Source: Ascidiella aspersa (taxonomy: Eukaryota). From it: a stretch of 64,000 nt of DNA. Below are positions 24,201-36,200 of this stretch, in pieces. The position numbers and the translations under genes were made by a program. The notes beneath the pieces were generated by a model. It was not told the origin of the DNA and did not search any database. It worked only from the letters and a program-made list of their open reading frames with translations. Location: the NCBI GenBank assembly GCA_963924565.1, contig OZ004608.1:7936001-8000000 (forward strand). Reading direction: 5' to 3'. Within the stretch, counting starts at the first letter, position 1. Every line of letters starts with the position of its first letter.

Positions 24201-27200
24201 AAGCTGTACTAATGAAATAAATCGAGAAATTACGACTTTATCGGTAACTGAATATTACTCTAAAGTGCGACTGCGTAAAATTTGACCGCGACAACAATTA
24301 AATAAATTTCCCTTGCAAAAGTTCAAAGACATCTCTTAAGGCACACAATGTATTATCCTTATTTGATTGACGTTTAAACCGCAATGCTTTTTGTAAGTTA
24401 TTTTTTTAAGGATGAAACATTAAATTATAAACAAAAACGGACTTTATGCAGGACACTCGTACAAAACGATACAAACCTCTTTTCCTCAACTTCGGCCACT
24501 TGCTGCTTGGCTTCGGGTTCCGGAGATTTAGCGGGTGGCTCATTGCGTTCCGTAGACGCAGCGCCGGGGGTAGGGGACATCGGATGGCTGTCTTGTGACG
24601 CTGCGAGAAATTAGGAATGTTAACAAATCGAAATCACGCAAGGCCTTGACATAAACTAATAAATTTGTTATGAAATAATTAAAGGTATCCGAACATTAAA
24701 CACTTTTGTTTTGACAAATGTTACTTATTACCAATAAATGTTAAGTTAAACGAAACGAAAACTTTAATTTGTGAGACAAATATCCTACATTCGACGCTTA
24801 ACGTTTAGTTGTAATCAAGGCCAAGTACGGGTTTATTTTTACGACAACAAAAACGTTAGATAAACTGTCATATGGCGGTGAAATGATTTTAAAACATAGA
24901 TAACATCTCTAGGATTATTGGTGTCAACAAGGAATAATTTCTAAGTCAGTAATAATTTCAATTTTAAGTTTTCAAGTCTGTTTAATCCAGACATGCTTGT
25001 TTCTATATTATAAATAACTAGTGATACAGGTTGAAAGCAAAACCGTAATGGTCTGGTGCGTTCAGGAGAAAACACAACAACAGGACTTGTTAATATTTCA
25101 AATGTCCGTGTGCGAACCTTTCTTAACAACTTCTATATTTGTCTCGAATTCCCGGGCGGCCTTACTTTACGTGGATGCGACGAGCTAAGCCGTTAGGTGA
25201 CTCAGTCCGTAGGCTGGCATTAACATAAATCTCCAAGTTGAAACGCATATCATGACGCCCGTTCAACTGAGCACTGCAAAGGTTATCCGCGTGCTTCGAG
25301 ACTTAATGGAATAAGAGGCGCGGCGTTTCTTCCTTTCAAGGTATGTTTGTCGCCCAGCCTTCTTATCTTAATTTTGCGTCCACGATTTTAGGCGTGTGGC
25401 CTTGTAGATGCTATCAGGTGTGGGCTAGTGTGTTATTTGCAACGCCATTTGGGTGCTAACGAAATGCAAAAACCTAAGTGCAAAAAGCGTTTTAACCAGA
25501 CCACGAGTTTTGGTGATGGAAAATATAAAAGCGCCCTATAGTGTCATCTGCACTTCAAGATAATTGTGAGGTAGAAAAAAACGATGAATCGCAAAATAAC
25601 CAAATTTATATTTTACATTATATGCTAGCGGAAATATATACATTTGGAAACAAATATTTTTTCAGGGAAATACAATGTTATGTTTGGTAAACCCACATTG
25701 ACAATTAGGTTATGAATATAGTAATGTTTTCATGGTGATTCTAGCCTTATTTTGGTGTATGTAATACTCGTATTTGTTTATATAAATGATTTAGGTGTAA
25801 ATTATACAAACGGACTAAACAAATAATTTAAAACCAGTATAATTTAAAATAGACACTTCTTTTCTAGCAACCGAAAATATCGGGCCAACTTAATGCTTTA
25901 ATTTATGTTTTAAGAAAAAAAATCAAGGGCCAAGTGAAATGCTTAAACTTAAAGCCTTGGCCAAAGCTAACGTTTTTTTACGGCAGTAAATCGTCGAAAA
26001 CCCTAGTGAGAACGCTAGGAGTGTTTTAAGAAAAATGCTTTTTTTACGGCCTACAAACGGCGAAAACGACGCAGGTCTTGGCAGTTAAAAACCCTATGAA
26101 GATTTTACAGAGCATGCTTAATTCTCACCTGATCGCTCCGTTCTCCAGAGTTCCTCCCGTTCCGCTGCCTCCCGAATCTCGAAGTCGATCAGGCTCTCTC
26201 CAGGCTTCCTCATGGTCACAACACTGGGACTAGCAAGCCTAGCACCGACTTCACCCTGCTGCGGCTGGTTGTTGTACTGCAACTGCTGGTTCAACTGTAG
26301 CTGCTGAGGCTGGGCTTGCTGCTGCTGATGATGCTGGTTCTTGGGCTGCTTGGGCGACTGGCCGAAGCTCCTGTAACTGGATCCGGCGTTGACTGTAAAC
26401 GACTTGGACCTCCGCGCGGCGCTGGGCTCTTTCTTGACTGGCGAAGGCGACGCCTTAACGCTGCTCTGCTGTTCCATATTCTTCCACCTAAGGCGAGGTT
26501 TAGAGAGAATTAATTGTAGCTTTCGAGCTCCAATTTCGAGGCGCGTCACAATAAGTGGGCGATTACGTCACAATTAGCGGGCAATTGTGAGAGGCTGTAG
26601 CCAAGGTTAAGTTGACGTTACCGAATTAGGGAGAAGGGCAAATCGCAATACACACTCTTTGTCGTGGGTGTGTATTTAGAAAGGAAATAATTCGAATTCC
26701 GTGGGCTACATGTTTCGTAAATGCAATTCGGTTACAATAAAACGTTTTTGGGGAACAGGTGTATTTCGAAGTAAAATTGGGATCCAGAAAGGCATTTTTA
26801 GTCCACGGTTTATCTTAAATTGAACAACTGCTTTTTGTGATAACCGTTGCTGAGAAATATCGCTTTCCAGTGGAAAACTTATAATTGTAAATCTCTTTTC
26901 AAACTTGATAATGAATTGCTAAGCCAAAAAGGTCGAGTAGGCCTTTTTCTGGTGCCATTAAAATGCCCAGTCTAGAGTAATTGTTTTTTCTGGTTTAGTG
27001 AAGAATTTTCGTTCTACCAAAAAATTCTTAAAGAATATTTAACAACAAACATCTTGCTAACATTTATTAAATCAATCTGAAATTTGGTAAATGCGAAATA
27101 ACGAGACTGTCCGGTGACGGTTATTTAAGATTCGTGAATTTCTTGTCATGCAAATGTAAGCAATTCAACACACTTCAAACGCGCATTCCATATCTAAACG

Positions 27201-30200
27201 TATGAAATGCAAAACAAATGACCGAATCATCATTATGCACGTGACATGGTAATAATTCGCCAACGCAAATACCGTCGGTAAATTAGCAAGCATTGAGTGA
27301 TACCTGTTGCCTTTCTCGCTTGCTTCAATTCTGCGTGTACACAAGAGTGAGTCACTTAAGATTGACAAAAATTTGCACAACCATTAAATACAATTTAGAG
27401 CTTGATAAACAAAGGTAAATAACTTAAATTTACATCCTAGTGGGTAAATAATTTGAAGACGTAGCGATAACATATAAGAGTTACACCTGACGGAATATTA
27501 ATCTATCAAAAAGTGCTAACTCCCAGTCAAATAGTTTGCAAAATAAGTCTAAGTCAAGTCATTTGCGAAAAATAGCAGGGCAAGTACCAGTTCAAGTCAT
27601 GACATTACATCAAACATTTGGCATTAAAAAGATAAACTATTGAACTTGGTAAATTCGCCTAATCATATGCGATGTTTCAATTTGCGAACAACAGAAACTT
27701 GGCATATTGCGAGAAAACTGTTTAGCAGAAAAAAATGGGGTAAAACACTAACCAAACTTTTTCCCAGTGACTTTTGTCCAGTTAAAGTCATTTGTCCGAA
27801 ATACATAATTTAAGTCAAGTAATTTTGCCCAAATAACCTAACTCAAGTCAAGTCAATTGCATTAAAACAGTGGCTTAAGTGTAAACAAGTCAATACAACA
27901 CCTGGATCTACTGAATAAAAAAATGACAAATTTCATTACCGCGGAGGCGGATTTGCAATCGACACCAAACTGCTTTATAACGACCCAGAAAAGCAATCGA
28001 GTTTTACGAGCCGGTAAACAAACGATTCTTGTTCTTGCAAGGAATCGTTTACAAGCGACGAAACACCATAACCGCGGTATGCAAGTTTTTCTACAGCCCG
28101 CGGCGAGCGTTGGAATGTATTGTTGCACCAACAGCGGCGAAAATACGGGGTTTTGCACGAGTTTATGTGCAAGGACAGCGCTTAAACTAACAAAACATAT
28201 TGTGCAGAGAGCGAAAAAGGGTTACAACACGTACACTTACTTCTGAGGTCAAATGGGAGCGAAATAACGCAAATTAAACAAATTTAACTTTATAAACGCA
28301 CCACATTTGACAAACACAGCAGCCTTGGCGAATATATCACTGGCAATTTCTAACTAACAAAAAATGGAACATTTCTAAGTTTTGCAAAACAAATTTCGCG
28401 AGCGGCTGTAAACTAAGACCATTCTCAATTGACGTCAGTGACATCCAAAAAGGGATTGCTGACGTCATTTAAATCTAAGCGCGGCAACAAAATAAAAAGT
28501 ACACACGGGAAAGTTGCTCCATTTTCATTTCGATTTGTTAGCTCAAAACAATTTCGCAGTAATAAAGGATCTTGGTTGACCTAATTATGTTTAATGTTTT
28601 ATAAATTATTTTTATAAATTTACAATTGACGAGTAAAGGATAATAGCAACAGTTGATTAAAAAATATTTAAATTAAATGTATAATGTATATTATATCACA
28701 CATATATGTTACGCAAACCTTTAATTTTTAAACAACACGCTCCGTTCCAGTTTAACTTGTTTTGTTTCAATAATTCCATGCTAAACCTTCCACTGTTTAA
28801 CAACAATATAGCCAAAAAAAATCGCAGTAAACTACACAATAGTAATAGGTACAATTGAGTAACACTGATAAACGTTACACTCATCGAATAACATGGCAAT
28901 AAAACCAAACGCGGCCTGTCCAAATAGTTACCTTAAAAAAAGCGGCCAAATCTCACCAGCCCTTGTGAAACACACTACACTACACAACAACACGACACAC
29001 AAACATGGTAAAAACTACAAATACCTTACAGCCGGCACAAACTTGACACAAAAGTCGAAAAGAAGCGAAAGCCAAACAAGCAAATTCACCAACCTGCTTC
29101 TGACGCCCGAAACGCCGATCGATTCCCGAATGATGTTCTCGCTAGTGGGCAGCACCTGCTCCGACATGCTGCTGGTCGATGACGTCACGCTTGACGTGGA
29201 CTCGGTACGTTCGCGTCGCCTCGCCTCCCAGTCGGTCCTGCTCGCGGCAAGTCAAGCGTGAAAATGCGATTCGCGAACTTTTGCGAAAGTAAGTTGGTTG
29301 TTTTTTATTGTCGCTTTGTCGCATTCTGTCGCTTTGTCGCATTCTGTTGTTACGCACATTGTCATGTGTCAACCGAATTTATCAATGTACGGGAATTTAT
29401 TGACAGTACAAAGGCTTAAACAAGTGGATTTGTATCTTAATTTGAATGAATACGAATCAATATTATTAAAATAGAAACAGCATCAGTGTAAGTTAAACGT
29501 CGCAGTAACATATAACTAACAAGGCGAACTTTTGCGAAAGCAACTTATTTTTGTCAGTGCCAAAGAGGCCTGTGTGTTATTTTTTTGTCCAAGAGACAGT
29601 CAGTGAGGTAACACGCAAGAAGATGAGACACCTTGTATAAAAAAGGGACTTGAAAAACACAGTACGCGTAATTTTAAAGCCATGTTGCTTAAAAAAACTT
29701 AAAAAGGCTGTAATGTTTCGTCAAGTTGTAACAATGGGTAATAAAGCCTTAATAAATGTTATTGGTAAGATTTATAAACAAGGAAGTTGTTTATTATAAC
29801 AAGAATTTCACTTTCAAGCTGGCAAATTCACTTTCAAGCTGGCAATTTATCTTTCAGCCAATCAACCTAACCGTAATATATATGCTAACCCTGTCTGTTT
29901 TCAACGTAGGTAAAGCATTCAAACTAAAAAAAAACCATCCCACGTAAACTATTTCATTGTTTTTTGTTCGCATTGCTATGGATACATCGCCAGAATTTAT
30001 TGCTATGGATACATCGCCAGAACGTATTGCCATGGTTACATGGACCACAATCACGTGAAACCCCAACTGACCCTGACATCTCCAGAAGTCTAAACCGCCA
30101 CACGCCAACTCAGCGTGACTCAGCGTTGCGCGCGAATGATTTACAGAAGGCCGGCATATTACACGGCAACATTCTAATGCAGTACGCTATGTTCAATATT

Positions 30201-33200
30201 TTCGGTTTATGACTTATGTTTTAATAAGTACGGACTTGTGTGTAGCATAATTTTACTTCGGTAGCTTGGTTAGCACTTCACAGGTGAGCGTTGCGTTGGG
30301 CAGGTTACATTTTGTCCTTAACAGGCAGAAACCTCTTATTCGACTATATATAGCTTTTGTATATACAATTATACATGTTTCAATGACATCATCGTTATAA
30401 CGTGGCTCCGCGAAAATTATTTTACTTTTTGCGGCCCTTGTTTCATTTTTCGTCGAACAAGCCCGATTTTTAGAAATTTACAGAACTAATTAACCAACAA
30501 TACCAGCTAAGAACGCCATATTCAACTGAAAATCATGCTTTTTTCCATAGATGGGTGCGAAAATTCACACAGTAATGTTGCAAGTAACCAGCAGGTAAGC
30601 AGCGGTAAATTCAAGCTTCCCACGCTCTTAAAAAAGTGATAAGGTACGACTGGGCAACGATCGCGGTAATTAATGCTTCGCGACGGGCAAACAAATACCT
30701 TTCGAAACTGCTTGTTCTGTGTGACCTTTGCACAGCGCATGAGAAACCGTTAGCTTCTTTAATTTAGCCGTTCAGTTAATAAGGTGCCATTTGATTTTGA
30801 AACAGAGAGTTTGGAAAATTTTTATTGAGTAGGCTTATCAAAATCGGCAAGAGTTGCTGTAAAAAGATGAATTTGGAAAATAAATTCATTGAATCCAAAC
30901 TGAATAATTATTATATTTGCCCAAGTTGTGTCTTGGGTGACTAAAACTATGCCCTGTGGATATTAAAGGAGTATTCCATCAGGCAAGAATCAGTATGTTG
31001 TGATCCAAACAGGAAAGGGACATTGCTAGCTTTTATCTATAGCCGCATTGCCGCAATAAGTTTTAAAAACTTGTAATTTCTCTACCATTGTTTTCGCAAT
31101 ATATCTGAATTATCTGAGTCCTATATTTTTTGTCCAAGGCAAATTTATTACTGTTCTGAATTTAGCACAAGCACAAAAAGCCTAGATGGTTTGAGGTATG
31201 GTTTGGTTTTGAAGGTTTACAACACAAAACGACTTGAACCAACCTACGCGGCTCAGAAGATAGGCAGTGTAATGTAAAAACAGAAATTGCCGAGCAAAAA
31301 GGCCAAAAAATACGTTAAAAACACATTAGGAAACACCCGATTCTCGAACCTTCTCTGCTTTCCGACGGAGAGTCGCTTCTTCTCAGTCTCTTCCTTTTCG
31401 AACTTGCTGCTCAGGCGACTTTCCCAGCGGCTTATTGCGTCCCGACTGTGCACCACAGGCTCGAACACGATCTCGCTGTTGCCAGATACACTAGGTTTGC
31501 TGCTTAAATCTTCGCTATGCGACGGCTGCTGAAAAGAAAAAAAAGTTCAGTTGGTTAGATTGCACTTTATTGGCATGTTTTCTGGCCTATTCGATAATCG
31601 CCAAGCTGTACGACATGTGTTTGTCGAGCCTTTGTGTTTTTGCGCCTCTTGACCAGTTTCAATGTTGGTAGTTTCCAAAATCTAAAAGACTCCACTTTTG
31701 TCATATTTTCGTGCAGTAGTTAATGGGGTAACGAAGGCGAAACTCAGTAAACAAGATAGGAATTAGAAAAACACACTGTATTTTAATGGCCAACATTTAA
31801 AAACTTGCGAGGCAAAACCACAAAGTTTGCTTTAAAGAATGTTTGTTCATAAAAGTTTTGAACAACATCGGAGAGCATAAAAAAAATAAAACATTACCAA
31901 AATGCGCTGGCACTTATCGCTCACTGCTGCTTCAAACCATCCCGAATGTATATAAACGAGCTTAAATGCATCTTAACAGTTACACACGGTTTAAGCCACA
32001 GCTGTTAGCTACTCTCTGTCAGGCACGACTGCCTTCTTTGACCTTGCAATTGACCTCTGCCTTCAGGAGTTAGCTAGTTTCAATCCTCACGCAGTTGCAC
32101 TCTTAGTGACTATTGAAGTGCTTTGACTATTTTGAGCGTGTCAAGGATGCACAGTGTTATGTCACTTTGAATCTCTTAAAAAGCTTCAAAACCGCTTCTC
32201 CATAATTCAGTAGCCTTATCCTTGTGGCAAATCATTTCAGTCACGAAACACCACGCAAACGTTTCATATATATACATGTTTTTATAGGTAAGGCAGCATG
32301 CGTATGACCAAACACAAAATGTGACCGCAATGATACTAAATTAATAACCCAAAGGTTAAAAACGCAAGAGGGTATATTTTAGCTAAGTACTTATACGGTT
32401 TTACGCGCTCGGACTATGAAATACAACCTTGTCAGTAACTAATTAATATTTTAATTGGCTCACGCGTTATTACGTATTCCGATTGATAAATGTGTTTCAC
32501 GCTATGTACACTTTTTACCCCGATGTAATCCCACGCTTAACGTGCTCGACGAAATCGAACCCGTATTTCCCGTGTGACGGTTTCGTATAGCATTACTATA
32601 ACGTATACGAGTTATTACCAAAGCGGCGTCTAAGATGATTGACGGTTGGCGACAGAAATATTCGCGACCCAAGTCACGTTTATTTTGTTCACCCTTCATA
32701 AGAGGTCAGCTTTCACTTTAGCCCAGCGTATGGTAAGCTAAATAGGCGAATACTATATAAATCAAGCCAGTTTCGATTGGTAAACAACGATACAATTTCT
32801 GACTAGGAAATTACGATAATGGTGTTAAGCAAACTGGTGGGTTCGGATCCAATAATAAACTGATATATATAGACGTTTCAATGGTTTGCAAATAATAATT
32901 TCACCCAAACTAGTAAATAAATAATTGAAATCAATTAAACCTCACAACCCTTAATCAAGTTTTGTTTTAATGACATTAAAAACATTAACCGCGCTCAGGT
33001 TTTAATTTTGTCAGTTTTTCATTTCGACCATACAGTAACAAAATGATTTAGTATCGAATGGGGCGTACGATTTTTAGCGCAAAATAAGGGATATCGATAT
33101 TCACTAAAGTATAGGAAACTTTATGTTAATATCTTTTTCCTGACAAATTTGAATGGTTTGCCTTAAAAGGCTAACTAAAATTTCCCAATGCTATACTTAT

Positions 33201-36200
33201 TCTTCCGCGCACCTGTTTCAAAAACCTCTTTATCTCGCCTTTGCTCCACTAAGCAATTTAACCTTACTATTGCTCAAATAGTCTCTGCTGCATATTATTA
33301 ACCTGACTATTAAACAACTTGAGCGACACAAGCGCCAGGCAGGTCGCCACTGTTTACGAGCATATCGCATTTCGCAAGAACAACTGTTTTTAGCCCCTAT
33401 AGTATTTACGGTCTCGTGCATTGGGGGCCAACGCATTGAAGCGTGACGGGAACTGTAAACGCGCCGTCACGCATCGCCGATCGCGGTCAGCTGATCTTGG
33501 TTTTGCACTTAGATTAGAAGACCAGTTTATTTGTAAAATATTAATAATAGGTATCTAAATTTGGGAGCATAATGGTTAGAGGTTGTAGTAAGACGTAACA
33601 AGAATATCAAAGCCTATATAGAAGTAGGTATCATTTTGAACGTTTCGAATAACTCTTTATTTATTTTCAATATAGATATCTAAATGTTTTTTGGAAAAGT
33701 ATTGAACCAGTTAAAATAATCGGTCACTAGAAAACGCACTGATTAACTATAACAGCTCCGTGTAAAACAGTACACACAGAGATAAGGATGTTGACATGGA
33801 TTTGTTTTTCAAGAAAAACATAGATTCTAACCCACAGGCCTGATGATTCGAGGGCCAAACTATACCCATTCCGAGGTAAAATCACTTCAACTGTTTGTTG
33901 TTCAATTTTAACAAGTATTGACATTTTCGGCAGGGCGCTTTTTCGGAGCAAAATATTTGGTTTTAATCGCTCGTTTTTAAGTCAGTAGTGAAACAAATTA
34001 ACCACAATAAACCTCACATTATGGTCCCTTGGGAATTCGCTTTTCTTATTTCACATACAGGCCGTGACTACGTGCATTCGTGCAGTCGCGCACGAGAATG
34101 TATTATAGTAACTTAACTCCAGGCTCGAAACCGCTTTTAAAACAACAGGACAGCCTCTAAAAAGGCTCAAAAATGTACACATTCCTGCTACGCGCTTGTA
34201 TTGTTAATTCCACTTGCACAAATCAAACGCGTGACTAAACTGCGGTAAGCAGGGAAACTTGAAAAAACTCGAAAACAAAAATTCCCTCGCTTAAAATAGG
34301 CTCGTTACGCTGTTTGCTTGGCAGGTAAACTGCACAGCCGAGTTGCGAGCAATTTGCATTCTACAGACATTGAGGCAGTTTGCATAGAGTTCAAAAACAG
34401 TCTGCTCGCATTTATACAGATTAACTTCTTGACCATAAAAGGGTTAAAATGTGAGCTCCAATTTTCGAAATGGTCACGCAACCAAGAAAATGTCTTTTCG
34501 TTTCTTTCAGACAGAAAAAGCGTTTATGTTATGTTAAAAACCATGAATCTGCCGTAAACAAGGAATTATGCTCACAACTCCAAACGAGCTAAAATCATTT
34601 CTCCACAACCCGAATTCCACACGCAGCTTCACTATAAACTCCACGTCATTTAGGGCGTTTAGCAGAAAAACACTATTCAAGTAGCAACTAGTTTTGCGGG
34701 CAAGACCCTACCTGCCGTTCGGAACAAGCGCGCGCAGCATAAACAACGCCCCCCCCCCGCTTAAATATGCCTAAGGCCCAAAGCTGTTTCAAGGACACAA
34801 CGAGAATGGAGCCCCACGGGAGATTCGGGAAACAAGACCGTTCGCAACAATAGCGAGACTTTCGGAAGACGCTAACTCCACATATTTGCTATTTGCCAAA
34901 AATGTCCTTAGCGGAGAAGCGAGACCTGTGGAGGCAAGGTTAAATATGCCTCCCAACTACGGCGCGAAGATTTTTAGGCGCACACAATGCATACGGTATT
35001 GCAGCCTAGGTTACACTATTGGAATAAGGAAATTACAATGCGTTTATTTGGACGATTTGAGTATTCACTTTGAATTTGCCCGGAATATTTCTTCTTTTTG
35101 TTATTGGGCCATTATTCGCATAAGCAAAGCAATTTCGTGTACGTTAATATTAAGCATTTGTTCACAAGAACATATTTACTTTTCCCTCTTATAAATGGCA
35201 CCAAAAACTTGGCATTTGAAGCGTTTTCCAAAAACCTAATTTTGTTAGCGAATTCGGCACACAAATAGCTTGGTTATGAAACAAAGAAAATGCCTAAATT
35301 ACGATGTATACAGCTCGCGGTTTACCACGGAACATATCCTCAACACTTGAAAACCTCAAGTAATATTGCCGCGCACTTTGAAAGCTCTCGTCTCGAAATC
35401 GCCACTTGAAAACTAAATCTTGGAATTCCGCCGCATTTGTCAAGATTTGAGAAAAAACAGTAAACCAGGTGGTACTGAAAAAAGATAAATTTTGTATTTG
35501 TAAAACTGTCAGGCTTTCCGACAATATTCGCTCCACAAAAAGTAGCTAAAACAAGCGAAATTAAGTGTCAAACACGAACGACTATTCAGTTTAACAAAAA
35601 TTGCCAATTCAAACAACACTGCAAAAAATTGTTCTAATCTTTCAAAAAAAAATGAAAATAAAAAACAAATTTTTTTTAAATAAAAACGATTTTTTGCGTG
35701 TAATCTAACTTTTGAACATCACATCTAAAATTCCTTGATAAAAAAACCCAACCCGTTTAGGTGAACATCCCTACACAAACTCAACGTTATACCTTTTCCA
35801 GCATAAAAACTTAATTTATAGTTATATAAAAACCGTTAAGCTCAGTCTGGTAAACTGGCGCAGATCTAAAAATCACGCGCTGCGCTGACAACAGGCCGTC
35901 GCTGTTAAAAAAGGCCGCCCACCGTAAAACGCAGCGTCGCGTCTAGGAGGGCGGAAAAAACGCATGGCAATGCGCTAATGACCGACCGACCGAAGGCACG
36001 CGGTCAAATAGGCTCGGGGCGAAACAAAAAAATCTTCGAACTTCCGAGCGGAAAAACGAGTTTCATAATTCGGAAGGTCGTTTAACTTTACGAGACCACT
36101 ACAGAAGCGTTTGCGACGAAAGGGTGGTCATTTAGGTGCCGGTTTTACAACAGATGAAGTTGTGAAAAAAGGATTACCGTTGGAGCGGTGGTGTAAGATT

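Noticed and set aside
28235-28250. cag|AA|gtaagt apparent 2-nt exon, and a 12-nt candidate near 29030-29041
   Set aside because: The 2-nt exon would shift the frame. The 12-nt candidate has a weak acceptor and very short flanking introns. Neither is supportable without reads.
29308-30022. Short perfect tandem duplications (18 bp at about 29309, 20 bp at about 29805, 27 bp at about 29971; also about 2107 and 58271)
   Set aside because: Ordinary slippage or repair duplications with no evidence of function.
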